A DNA stretch of 64,000 nucleotides from Thermoplasmata archaeon (GTDB lineage: Archaea > Thermoplasmatota > Thermoplasmata > Lutacidiplasmatales > UBA184): contig JAKIVX010000004.1 in NCBI GenBank assembly GCA_022750335.1, positions 5,162 to 69,161 on the forward strand. Direction: 5' to 3'. Positions 38,047 through 47,454 of this stretch are shown one piece after another. A program made the position numbers and the translations under genes. The notes beneath the pieces are model-generated. The model worked only from the letters and a program-made list of their open reading frames with translations, ran no database searches and had not been told where the DNA came from. How positions within the stretch are numbered: the first letter of the stretch is position 1; each line of letters starts with the position of its first letter.

Positions 38047-40799
38047 CGCGGTTAAGCGACCTGGTCGCCGTCGGTCAATCTCCGTGGCTCGACTACATCC
38101 GGCGCAGCATGCTCGCCAGCGGTGAACTCCGCCGAATGGTCGAGGTCGACGGGATCACCGGCATCACGATCAACCCGACGATCTTCGACAAGGCGATCGC
38201 GGGGAGCGAGGACTACGACTCCGCCCTCCAGGCCCTGCTGGCGAAGGAACCGACCCTCTCTCCCGCGCAACTCTACGAACGCCTGGCCGTGGAGGACGTC
38301 ACCCGCGCGGCCGATGTGCTCCGTCCCGTGTACGACCGCACGCACGGGGTCGACGGCTTCGTCAGTCTGGAGGTCGCTCCGGGCCTCGCGCACGACACCG
38401 CCGGAACGATCGCCGAAGGTCGGCGCCTGTGGGACGCGGTCGACCGACCAAATCTCCTGATCAAGGTGCCCGCGACCCCGGAGGGAATCCCCGCGATCGA
38501 GGAATTGCTCGCCCAGGGGGTAAACGTGAACATTACGCTCATGTTTTCGCTCGCGCACTACGAGGCCGTCGCGCAAGCCTACCTCCGCGGGCTCGCGCGT
38601 ACGCCGGAACCGACGCGCCTCGCCTCCGTGGCCTCCGTCTTCGTCAGCCGCATCGACTCCGCCGTGGACAAGTTGCTCGACGCTTCGCCGGCGCCGGAGG
38701 CGAAACGGCTCCGCGGTAAGATTGCGATCGCCAACTGCCGGGTCGTCTACGCGCGCTTCTTGGAGATCTTCCACGGACTCGGCTTTGCGCCGTGGATCGG
38801 CAAGGGCGCGCACCCCCAGCGCCCACTCTGGGCCAGCACGAGCACGAAGGACCCCGCCTACCGGGACACGCTCTACGTCGAGGAGCTGATCGGCCCCGAG
38901 ACCGTGGATACGATCCCGCCGGCCACCCTCACGGCGTTCGAGGACCATGGGGTCATCCGCCGCGACGCGGTCGCGGGCGGACTCTCCGAGGCCCGGGCCG
39001 AGCTCACCCTCGCCGCGACGATCGGGATCGACCTCGCGAAGGTCACGGACGACCTCCAAGTCGAGGGAGTCGCGTTGTTCTCGGCTTCGTATGACCACCT
39101 GCTGAGCTCGCTCGCGGCGAAGAAGGCGGCGCTGTTGGCGAGCGCCGTTGACCCCCTGACGGGGAGTCTCGGCGTGGAGGGGGCCCGCGTGACGGCTCGC
39201 CTCACCGAATGGCAGGCCGCCCGATTCGGGGAACGCTTCTGGCGCCTCGACCCGACCCTGTGGCCCGCGGCTCCCCCGAAGGAAGTCCCGGACCGGATGG
39301 GTTGGCTCTCCCTCCCCGAGCGCATGCATCACGAGGTCGGAGAGCTGACCGCGTTCGCCGAAGAGATCCGGGCCGAAGGGATTCGACACGTGGTCGTGCT
39401 GGGGATGGGCGGGTCGAGCCTCGCGCCGGACGTGTTCGCCCGAGTCTTCGGGCATAGGTCGGGATACCCCGAACTGCACGTCCTCGACAGCACCCACCCG
39501 GAGGCGGTGGCGTCGCTCTCCCGACGGATCGACCCCGTCCGGTCGCTGTTCCTCGTCTCGAGCAAATCCGGCACGACCATCGAGCCCCTGTCGTTCTACC
39601 GGTACTTCTGGGAGGCCCTGCAGGCCGCGGGCGCTCCGCCCGCCCGGCACTTCGTCGCCATCACCGACCCCGGAACCCCGCTCGACCAGCTCGCAAAGGA
39701 CAAAGGATTCCGCGCGGTGTTCCGCGCCCTCCCGACGGTGGGAGGACGGTACTCGGCCCTGACGCACTTCGGGCTCGTGCCGGCAGCGCTCGCGGGCGTC
39801 GAGCTCGGCACGCTCCTAGACCGGGCGCGGACGATGACCGAGGCCTGCGGCGCCGACATCCGGGTGGCAGAGAATCCCGGCCTTCGGTTGGGGGCGATCC
39901 TGGGCGAGTTCGCGACGCACGGCCGCGACAAGCTCACGTTCTACGCCTCGCCGGAGGTCGCCGCGTTCCCCGACTGGGTCGAGCAATTAGTCGCGGAGAG
40001 TACTGGGAAGATCGGCAAGGGTATCGTCCCCGTCGTGGGCGAACCCCGGGTCTCCCCGGACCGGTATCCTCCGGACCGTTTGTTCGTCGAAATCAATTCG
40101 GGAGATTCCACAGACCCGGCCCTCGCCGCCCATACCGCCCGTCTCGTGGCCGCGGGTCATCCGGTCGTGCGGTTGCGCCTCTCTGACCCCCTCGGCCTCG
40201 GTCAGGAGTTCTTCCGGTGGGAGCTCGCCGTGGCCGCTTCGGGCGCGGTCCTCGGGATCGACCCGTACGACCAACCGGACGTCGAACTCGCCAAGGAGCT
40301 CGCGCGGGCCTTGATGGCCCACCCATCAGAGTCCGACGGGAGCGCGAACGTTCCGACGGTAACGGTCGCAGACCCCGTGCGGCTCGGCCACGCCACGAAG
40401 GAGTGGACCGACTCCGGACGAACCGGCGACTACGTGGCCATCCAGGCGTACCTCGCGCCGACCGACGTCACCACGCACTCGCTCGAACTGCTGCGCGCCC
40501 GGATCCTGGACCGTCAGGGGGTAGCGACGACCCTGGGGTATGGCCCCCGCTTCCTCCATTCTACCGGACAGCTGCACAAGGGAGGTCCCGACAGTGGCCG
40601 CTTCCTCCAGATCGTGGACTCGCCCCGGCACGACCTCGCGGTGCCGGAGTCGGGCTACACGTTTGGTCAGCTCATCCGGGCGCAATCCCTGGGCGATTTC
40701 CAGGCGCTGATGCAAAAGCACCGTCGGGTGCTCCGGGTGGACCTTGGGGCGGACGTCCCGGGCGGCCTGATGCGCCTCACCGAGGCCCTCGATGGGTAA
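38043..40799 (+). CDS. bifunctional transaldolase / glucose-6-phosphate isomerase fusion
   Basis: GTGA overlap with tkt. The N-terminal ~370 aa are transaldolase ([33 protein letters not shown]). The C-terminal ~550 aa are PGI-like ([35 protein letters not shown]). Confidence 0.85.
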   Translation: MTRLSDLVAVGQSPWLDYIRRSMLASGELRRMVEVDGITGITINPTIFDKAIAGSEDYDSALQALLAKEPTLSPAQLYERLAVEDVTRAADVLRPVYDRTHGVDGFVSLEVAPGLAHDTAGTIAEGRRLWDAVDRPNLLIKVPATPEGIPAIEELLAQGVNVNITLMFSLAHYEAVAQAYLRGLARTPEPTRLASVASVFVSRIDSAVDKLLDASPAPEAKRLRGKIAIANCRVVYARFLEIFHGLGFAPWIGKGAHPQRPLWASTSTKDPAYRDTLYVEELIGPETVDTIPPATLTAFEDHGVIRRDAVAGGLSEARAELTLAATIGIDLAKVTDDLQVEGVALFSASYDHLLSSLAAKKAALLASAVDPLTGSLGVEGARVTARLTEWQAARFGERFWRLDPTLWPAAPPKEVPDRMGWLSLPERMHHEVGELTAFAEEIRAEGIRHVVVLGMGGSSLAPDVFARVFGHRSGYPELHVLDSTHPEAVASLSRRIDPVRSLFLVSSKSGTTIEPLSFYRYFWEALQAAGAPPARHFVAITDPGTPLDQLAKDKGFRAVFRALPTVGGRYSALTHFGLVPAALAGVELGTLLDRARTMTEACGADIRVAENPGLRLGAILGEFATHGRDKLTFYASPEVAAFPDWVEQLVAESTGKIGKGIVPVVGEPRVSPDRYPPDRLFVEINSGDSTDPALAAHTARLVAAGHPVVRLRLSDPLGLGQEFFRWELAVAASGAVLGIDPYDQPDVELAKELARALMAHPSESDGSANVPTVTVADPVRLGHATKEWTDSGRTGDYVAIQAYLAPTDVTTHSLELLRARILDRQGVATTLGYGPRFLHSTGQLHKGGPDSGRFLQIVDSPRHDLAVPESGYTFGQLIRAQSLGDFQALMQKHRRVLRVDLGADVPGGLMRLTEALDG

Positions 40800-41406
40800 G
40801 GTCTCAGCGTTGTTCTGGGACGTGGGCGGCGTGCTCCTCACCAACGGCTGGGACCAGGAGGGCCGCTCCGCGGCCGCCGCGCGGTTCCACCTAGACCTCG
40901 AGGAACTCGAACGCCGGCATTGGCGCGTGGCGGAGGCGTTCGAAACCGGTGGCCTCGACCTCGACCGGTACCTGGCCGAGACCGTGTTCGACGAGCCCCG
41001 CTCGTTCACGCCGGCCGAGTTCGTCGAATTCATGCACTCCCGCTCCCAACCGTACGAGTCGGCCCTGGCGTGCGCTCGCTCGTTCCGGGAGGGCGGACGG
41101 TACGTCCTGACCGCCCTCAACAATGAATCCCGAGAACTGAACGAGTATCGGGTCGCGACGTTCCACCTCCGGGAGATCTTCCCGTTCTTCCTCAGCTCCT
41201 GTTACACCGGGAGACGCAAACCCAGTCCCGACGCTTTCCGGTTCGCCCTTCAAGTCACCCAATGTGCCCCCGACGAGGCGCTGCTCCTGGACGATCGGCG
41301 TGAGAACGTCGACGCCGCGGCCCAGCTCGGACTCCGCACCCTCTGGGTGCAGGACCCGGAGCGGGTCCGGGAAGAGCTGGCCACCGCCGGGATCGTCGCG
41401 GGGTGA
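40792..41406 (+). CDS. HAD-superfamily hydrolase (phosphatase)
   Basis: DVGGVL motif I, LNNES motif II, and LLLDDRRENVDAA motif IV. 8-nt overlap with tal-pgi. Confidence 0.75.
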   Translation: MGKVSALFWDVGGVLLTNGWDQEGRSAAAARFHLDLEELERRHWRVAEAFETGGLDLDRYLAETVFDEPRSFTPAEFVEFMHSRSQPYESALACARSFREGGRYVLTALNNESRELNEYRVATFHLREIFPFFLSSCYTGRRKPSPDAFRFALQVTQCAPDEALLLDDRRENVDAAAQLGLRTLWVQDPERVREELATAGIVAG

Positions 41407-41414
41407 GGAGAAGA

Positions 41415-42326
41415 ATGATGGAACTGGGAATGGTCGGACTCGGCAAGATGGGCGGCAACATGACCGTACGACTCGTTCGGGGCGGCCACAAGGTCGTGGG
41501 CTACGCCCGTAACCCCGCGGTCGTCAACGTCGTGGTCCAGCAGGGCGCGGCCGGGGCGACGTCCCTCGCGGACCTCGTCCGGCAACTGGCGCCGCCCCGC
41601 GTCCTCTGGCTGATGATCCCCTCGGGAGATCCCGTCGATCAGACGCTCGCCCAGCTGAAACCCCTCCTCGCCCCCGGCGACTTGATCGTCGACGGAGGCA
41701 ACTCCTACTACCGTGACTCCCTCCGCCGTTCCGCCCTCGTCACCAGCTGGGGATTCCGGTACGTGGACGTGGGCACGAGCGGAGGCATCTGGGGGCTCCA
41801 GGAAGGGTACTCGATGATGGTCGGAGGGGATCCGGTCGATGTCGAGCGGATCCGCCCCATCCTCGAGACCCTCGCCCCCAGCCCCACCACGGGTTGGGGT
41901 CGCATGGGGCCGGTGGGCTCCGGTCACTTCGTCAAGATGGTCCACAACGGGATCGAGTACGGACTCATGCAGGCCTACGCCGAAGGGTTCGCGGTCCTGC
42001 AGGCCAAGTCGGAGTTCGCCCTCGACCTCCACCAGATCGCCCAAGTGTGGCGCTACGGGAGCGTAGTCCGCTCCTGGCTCCTCGAACTGACGGAGTCCGC
42101 GCTCGCCGACAACCCCACCCTGAAGGGGATCGAGCCCTGGGTCGCCGACTCGGGAGAGGGTCGATGGACCGTCACGGAAGCGATGGACCTCAACATCCCG
42201 GCCCCGGTGATCACGCTCGCCCTCCAGCAACGGCTGCGCTCGCGAGAGACCGACCCGTTCACGGAGAAGCTGCTCGCGATGATGCGCAACAAGTTTGGCG
42301 GGCACGAAGTCAAGACGGAGAGTTGA
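41415..42326 (+). CDS. gnd: 6-phosphogluconate dehydrogenase, decarboxylating (short ~300 aa form)
   Basis: MMELGMVGLGKMGGNM, GGNSYY, SGGIWG and GSGHFVKMVHNGIEYG. A GGTGAGGAG Shine-Dalgarno-like run lies upstream of ATG 41415. Confidence 0.9.
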   Translation: MMELGMVGLGKMGGNMTVRLVRGGHKVVGYARNPAVVNVVVQQGAAGATSLADLVRQLAPPRVLWLMIPSGDPVDQTLAQLKPLLAPGDLIVDGGNSYYRDSLRRSALVTSWGFRYVDVGTSGGIWGLQEGYSMMVGGDPVDVERIRPILETLAPSPTTGWGRMGPVGSGHFVKMVHNGIEYGLMQAYAEGFAVLQAKSEFALDLHQIAQVWRYGSVVRSWLLELTESALADNPTLKGIEPWVADSGEGRWTVTEAMDLNIPAPVITLALQQRLRSRETDPFTEKLLAMMRNKFGGHEVKTES

Positions 42327-42328
42327 CG

Positions 42329-43786
42329 ATGCCGGCCCCCGCCGCCGAACCCCACCTGTTCGTCGTGTTCGGCGCGACGGGGGACCTCATGCAGCGCAAG
42401 CTGCTCCCCGCGCTCTTTCACCTGCGCGAACAGGGACTTTTCCCGGCCGGGAGCCTCATCCTCGGAGTCGCCCGCCACCCGCTCGACGACGCGACCTTCC
42501 GCACCACGTCCGCCCAATCGCTCGTGTCGGCCGTGCCGGACCGAGCGGCGGGCGCCCCGGCGTTCTGTGCGGCGACCGTCTTCTACTACGGGCTCACCGC
42601 CGAGACCGCGGACGGGTATCGCGCCCTCCGGGGTCGGATCGAACAGCTGGAGACGGAGCACCACCTCTCCGGAAACCGGATCTTTTACCTCGCCCTCCCG
42701 CTCGAGGCGTTCGGTCCCACGCTGGAGGGACTGGGTGGCGCGGGGCTGAACCGGGGGCCGGGCTGGACGCGCGTCGTCATTGAGAAGCCGTTCGGCCGGG
42801 ACCTGCGCTCCGCCGAGGCCCTCAACCGCATCGCCCACCAGCACTTCGAGGAGAAACAGCTCTACCGGATCGACCACTACCTCGGGAAAGAGACGGTCCA
42901 GAACCTGCTCGTTTTCCGATTCGCGAACGCTTTCGTCGAGTCCGACTGGAACCGGGAGCGCGTGGAACAGGTGGAGATCACCGTGGCCGAGAGTCTCGGG
43001 GTCGAGGGCCGGGCGGGGTACTATGAGACCTCGGGGGCGCTCCGGGACATGATCCAGAACCACGTGACCCAGGTCCTCGCGCTGGTCGCGATGGAGCCCC
43101 CCGCCCGCCGGAACGAGGACGACATCCGGGACGAGAAGGTCAAGGTGCTCCGCAGCGCACAAGCCCTCGGACCGGACGACGTCGTTCGGGGCCAGTACAC
43201 GGCTGGGACGATCGCCGGGACCCCCGTGCCGGGGTACCGCGAGGAACCGGGGGTCTCATCGACCTCGACCACCGAGACCTACCTCGCGCTCCGGCTCAAG
43301 ATCGCCAACTGGCGCTGGCAAGACGTCCCCTTCTTCCTCCGCACCGGTAAACGCCTGCCCGAGAAATCGAGTCGCGTGGTGGTGACCTTCAAGGCCCCTC
43401 CCGTCTCCTTCTTCCAGAACGAAAGTGAGTACCGCCAAAGTCCCGACCGGCTCACGATCCTCATCCAACCCGAGGAGGGGTTCGAGATCGCCTTCGAGAT
43501 CAAGGTCCCGGGGCGGGAGATGCGGGTTCAAACGCATCGAATGAAATTCCACTACGCGGACGTGTTCGGTCCCCTCCCCGACGGCTACGAAATGCTCGTC
43601 CAGGACGTCATGATCGGGGACGCGAGCCTGTTCGTGCGGGCCGACGAGGTCGAGGAGTCGTGGCGGCTCTACGCGCCGATCCTCGAGCACCCGACCCCGT
43701 TGGTGTTCTACGCCGCGGGCTCCGACGGGCCCGAGTCCGCGCAGAAGCTGGTCGAGGGATGGGGGCACCGATGGAGCGCGGACTAG
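42329..43786 (+). CDS. zwf: glucose-6-phosphate 1-dehydrogenase (classical Zwf)
   Basis: FVVFGATGDLMQRKLLPAL, IEKPFGRDL, RIDHYLGKE and the YE..GA.RDMIQNH block. Starts 2 nt after the gnd stop. Confidence 0.95.
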   Translation: MPAPAAEPHLFVVFGATGDLMQRKLLPALFHLREQGLFPAGSLILGVARHPLDDATFRTTSAQSLVSAVPDRAAGAPAFCAATVFYYGLTAETADGYRALRGRIEQLETEHHLSGNRIFYLALPLEAFGPTLEGLGGAGLNRGPGWTRVVIEKPFGRDLRSAEALNRIAHQHFEEKQLYRIDHYLGKETVQNLLVFRFANAFVESDWNRERVEQVEITVAESLGVEGRAGYYETSGALRDMIQNHVTQVLALVAMEPPARRNEDDIRDEKVKVLRSAQALGPDDVVRGQYTAGTIAGTPVPGYREEPGVSSTSTTETYLALRLKIANWRWQDVPFFLRTGKRLPEKSSRVVVTFKAPPVSFFQNESEYRQSPDRLTILIQPEEGFEIAFEIKVPGREMRVQTHRMKFHYADVFGPLPDGYEMLVQDVMIGDASLFVRADEVEESWRLYAPILEHPTPLVFYAAGSDGPESAQKLVEGWGHRWSAD

Positions 43787-44523
43787 CCCGCGGGCTACGG
43801 GTCTTTCCCGACCTCTCCTCCGCGACGGCCGCCGCGGCGCGCCACGTTCGGGAGCGTGCCGTCGAGGCCGTACGGGCCCGAGGGCGGTTCGCGTGGGTGT
43901 TGGCGGGAGGACACACCCCCGAAGGGTTGTACCGGCTCCTCGCGCGAAGCTACCGCGCCCGATTTCCGTGGAGAGAGACCGAGATCTACTTCGGGGACGA
44001 ACGGTGCGTCTCGCCCCGAAGCTTGGAGAGCAACTACGCCACCGCCCGCGACGGCCTACTCGCTCGGGTGCCGATCCGCCGGACGCGGATCCATCGTCTC
44101 CTGGGCGAGGTTCGACCTCCGTCGCGAGCGGCGGCGGGCTATGCCCGAGCGCTCGGGACTCTCCCGCCCCCGGGTGACGCCGGCGCGGCGTGGTTCGACC
44201 TGGTGCTCCTCGGGATTGGACCGGACGGCCATACCGCCTCCTTGTTCCCCGGTTCCCGTTCCCTCTCCGAAACCCGACGGTCGGTGGTCGCAGTCCGAAG
44301 GGCCGGACGGCCGCCGTTCCTTCCCCGATTGACAATGACGTTGCCGGCTCTCGCCGCCTCGCGCGAGGTCCTCTTCCTGGCCGCGGGCGCCGACAAGGCC
44401 GACGCCGTCGCGGCGATCTTCCACGCCCTTCCGAACGGAACCCCGGAGTGGCCGGCCAGTCTGGTTCGGTCGACCGGACCGGTGGTATGGTACGTCGATC
44501 GCGCCGCGGCGTCGCGACTCTGA
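43771..44523 (+). CDS. pgl: 6-phosphogluconolactonase
   Basis: Starts at MERGLARGLRVF (16-nt overlap with zwf). VLAGGHTPEGLY, IYFGDERCV and LLGIGPDGHTASLFPG. Confidence 0.9.
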   Translation: MERGLARGLRVFPDLSSATAAAARHVRERAVEAVRARGRFAWVLAGGHTPEGLYRLLARSYRARFPWRETEIYFGDERCVSPRSLESNYATARDGLLARVPIRRTRIHRLLGEVRPPSRAAAGYARALGTLPPPGDAGAAWFDLVLLGIGPDGHTASLFPGSRSLSETRRSVVAVRRAGRPPFLPRLTMTLPALAASREVLFLAAGADKADAVAAIFHALPNGTPEWPASLVRSTGPVVWYVDRAAASRL

Positions 44524-44548
44524 GGCCCGGGCGGGACCGTTCGACCGG

Positions 44549-45325
44549 TCAGTCGGAAGTGGGACGGGGACGTCGACGCGCCCGCGGCCGCGGGTGTCGG
44601 GCCGGTTCGAACGCGTCCGGTCCGCTCGTGGGGAACCCCGGCCAACCGGAACCTCCCCAGAGTCGGATACCCCCCACGATCGCTTCCCGGTTGTCCCCCC
44701 GCCGGACCCCCGGCAGCAAACGGTCGAGTTTGCGGACATTCCCCCCGCCGAGGATGACCTCGTCCGGCTCGAGGGCGGCCTCGAGGATCTCCACAACGCG
44801 GATGACCTCCTTCTGCCACTTCTTCCGGCCGAGACGTTCGAGGCTCGCTTCGCCGACGTAGTCCTCGAAGGACCGGCCCTTCTTGTACGGCAGATGCGCG
44901 AGCTCCATGGGCAGGAGGCGGCCCTCCACGATCATCGCCGACCCGAGACCGGTGCCGAGACCGAGGAAGAGCAGGCGCCCACCCCGGTAACTTCCCAGCG
45001 CCTGCATCGCCGCGTCGTTGACGATGCGAACGGGGCTCCCGAATGCTTCCTCGAAGTCGAAACCAACCCAGCCTGGGCCGAGATTGTGGGGCTCCCGCGC
45101 GATCTTCCCGTGCACGACCAACCCCGGATACCCGATCGCGATCGCGTCGAACGATTCGCTCTTCAGGATCCGCGAGAGGCCCCGGACCATCCGCTCTGGT
45201 GTGAGATTGGCGCCGGAGGCGATCCGGTGTTCTCGGGGATTGTCCGAGAACGCCGCTTTGACGTGACTCCCGCCGACGTCCAAAACCAGGATGCGGGAGG
45301 GCCGATCGACAGTAGCCGGGCTCAT
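44549..45325 (-). CDS. ROK-family glucokinase (polyphosphate/ATP glucokinase-like)
   Basis: ILVLDVGGSHVK, VNDAAMQALG and FLGLGTGLGSAMI. Convergent on the PPP operon. Confidence 0.75.
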   Translation of the reverse strand: MSPATVDRPSRILVLDVGGSHVKAAFSDNPREHRIASGANLTPERMVRGLSRILKSESFDAIAIGYPGLVVHGKIAREPHNLGPGWVGFDFEEAFGSPVRIVNDAAMQALGSYRGGRLLFLGLGTGLGSAMIVEGRLLPMELAHLPYKKGRSFEDYVGEASLERLGRKKWQKEVIRVVEILEAALEPDEVILGGGNVRKLDRLLPGVRRGDNREAIVGGIRLWGGSGWPGFPTSGPDAFEPARHPRPRARRRPRPTSD

Positions 45326-45441
45326 TCGGGGCCGGGTGAGCCCCGGGCGGGATTAAGGCTCACGGGCCACGATGCTCCCCCACCGGACGGTCAAAGGATC
45401 GCGCAAGAAACCCCGGGGCCGGCGGCCTTGCCGTCCGAGGG

Positions 45442-45675
45442 TCATTTGCAACGGGATTCACTGCTCGGGACGAGGGCACCGGCAAAGAGGATGACGGCGA
45501 CGACCGTGAGCACCGTTCCCGCCTCTTCGAGCTCGGTCGCCCCTTTGCAGTCTGAGAATGTCGGATCGGAACTGGGCCCGCCGACGCTGCATCCGATACG
45601 GACAAACCCCGCGAACAGTAGGAAGAGACCGAGCATGATGGCGACCAGCCCGAACGCGAGAAGGTACGATCGCAT
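45442..45675 (-). CDS. small membrane protein (77 aa, 2 TM), hypothetical
   Basis: Two clear hydrophobic helices flank a Cys-containing loop. No competing gene overlaps it. Confidence 0.45.
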   Translation of the reverse strand: MRSYLLAFGLVAIMLGLFLLFAGFVRIGCSVGGPSSDPTFSDCKGATELEEAGTVLTVVAVILFAGALVPSSESRCK

Positions 45676-45685
45676 GCGTTCTCAC

Positions 45686-46564
45686 TCAGTGGGGAGCCAC
45701 GACGGAGGCCCGAGGTCTTGCCGGCGACCCGAAAGTGTATCGAAGGAACAACAGGTTGTCCGCCCTTCGAATTCCGGCCAACGTCCCCCAGACCGGGCGT
45801 TCGGGGGCGAACGTGCGGCCGGCGACCAAGCCGGGGCGTGCGAGGGGGTCCCGCCGACCGGCGATCTGAGGCGCGAGCGTGAGGAAGAGCTCATCGAGAC
45901 GCTTCTCCGCGAAGAAGTCTCCGAGTAGCTGGGGCCCTCCTTCGACCAAGATGAGGCCGGCGCTCGTGGCCGAACCGATTGACCGGAGGACCGCGGCCGC
46001 CGTGATGCGGCCCGCCGGTCGGGTGGACACGACCCGCACGGTCGACGGCCAAGTCTCCCGGGGCAGACGACGGGCACCCGCCCGGTTCGTCACGATGAGG
46101 ACGGGTACCTCGCCGGAGGAGAACAGCGGAAGCCGCAGGTCCACGTTCCCGGAGGCCGTCACGACCACGTTCAGCGGCGATGGCGGTTTCCCGAGACGGC
46201 GTCGAAATTCCTGATACGATCGAGCCCGGGACGGGTCCACGTGCTCCGCCGTCCAGACGTGTCGTGGAACCGCACGAAACGTGCCGGCCCCGACAACCAC
46301 GGCATCCGCTGAGGCCCGTAAGAGACCCATCAAGAGACGGTCGTGCGGTTCGAACCCGGTGATATCCCCGCCACCGGACGTTCCGGTTCTCCCGAGCGCG
46401 ACGACTCCGTCCAGGGTCGCGGCCACGTTCCCGACCACGTACGGCCGGCCGGCCAGCCCGGGCATCCGGAGAGGACCGTAGATCCGTGCGAGCGCAGGGG
46501 GAAGGTCGAGGGTTTGACCCCTCGCTCGATCCACCAGGGTCTCGAACGCGGAGAGGGGCTTCAC
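45686..46564 (-). CDS. RibD C-terminal domain / dihydrofolate-reductase-like reductase
   Basis: VVGNVAATLDGVVAL, LRASADAVVVGAGTF, LILVEGGPQLLGDF and LDELFLTLAPQIAG. GTG start. Confidence 0.7.
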   Translation of the reverse strand: MKPLSAFETLVDRARGQTLDLPPALARIYGPLRMPGLAGRPYVVGNVAATLDGVVALGRTGTSGGGDITGFEPHDRLLMGLLRASADAVVVGAGTFRAVPRHVWTAEHVDPSRARSYQEFRRRLGKPPSPLNVVVTASGNVDLRLPLFSSGEVPVLIVTNRAGARRLPRETWPSTVRVVSTRPAGRITAAAVLRSIGSATSAGLILVEGGPQLLGDFFAEKRLDELFLTLAPQIAGRRDPLARPGLVAGRTFAPERPVWGTLAGIRRADNLLFLRYTFGSPARPRASVVAPH

Positions 46565-46857
46565 CGGGAGGCCTTCCTCGCGACCGATGGGGCCGGCGAA
46601 CCCGGTCGGTGGCCCGATCTCCCCGGGTCCGTGAAGCCGGTCGTCTGTACCCGGGGGCTCTTCTGGTAGATCCTGACCCGCATTGTTGAATGGATCGGCG
46701 TGGGGAGGTCGAGCTGGAAAGTCATCGGTGGCCCGACAGAGGCGCCCGGACGATAGCCCTACCCTCCCGTGGTGAGCGGGTCAGAGTTCGGTCCAAGTCC
46801 CGGCCGGCATGGGTTGACGCCCCATCGTGGCCCGCTGCGGGCGCGCTCCCGGCCGTC

Positions 46858-47454
46858 CTAGAGGCCCGAGGCCATCACAGCGTTCATGGCCTGCTCCAGC
46901 GTGCGATCGGCATTTCCGGTCGCATTGATCCGGACCCATTGGGGTTGCTGAAACATCTGCTCAAACTTGAACTTCACTTTGGTCAAGTACGGCTCGTCCT
47001 CGTCGGCCTCCCTCGGCCCCGTACCCTTGAGGCGCGTGATGGCGACGTCGACAGGCGCGTCCAGGTAGAGGACCAAGTCCGGCTCGAGGGCGATCGCTCG
47101 CTCGATCCTCTCGAGTTCGCGCCAGGATTCGAGGGGGAGTCCGGGATACTGGTACGCCAGGGTCGAATAGAACGACCGGTCCTGGATGACCACATCGCCC
47201 TGATCCAACGCCGCTTCGAGCTCCGGGCGTTGCAGAGCCCGATCGACTGTGAAGCAGAGCGCCGCGCCAAGCGAATCTACGTCGAGGAGCCGCGCAGCCT
47301 GGCTCCTCAGGAACCGGTCCGTGGGTTCACGGAAGCTCGACACCGAGTGTCCACGGTCGAGAAGAGGGGGGACCATTCGGGCCGCCAACTCGGTCTTCCC
47401 CGTTCCGTCGATCCCCTCGATGACGATATGGGTCCCCCGCTCGCTCACGGCCAA
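46858..47454 (-). CDS. tmk: thymidylate kinase (copy 2)
   Basis: IVIEGIDGTGKT, REPTD, IQDRSFYSTLAYQ and VLYLDAP. TTG start at 47454 (GTG two codons later is also possible). Confidence 0.8.
   Translation of the reverse strand: MAVSERGTHIVIEGIDGTGKTELAARMVPPLLDRGHSVSSFREPTDRFLRSQAARLLDVDSLGAALCFTVDRALQRPELEAALDQGDVVIQDRSFYSTLAYQYPGLPLESWRELERIERAIALEPDLVLYLDAPVDVAITRLKGTGPREADEDEPYLTKVKFKFEQMFQQPQWVRINATGNADRTLEQAMNAVMASGL

Noticed and set aside
46561-46725. The RIYQKSPRVQTTG segment of the 54-aa ORF resembles the RIYQP..A.QSG motif of NDUFS4/ETC complex I subunit family proteins
   Set aside because: Only a ~10-residue similarity, recalled from memory. The rest of the ORF is Pro/Gly/Ser-rich and does not continue the family pattern.
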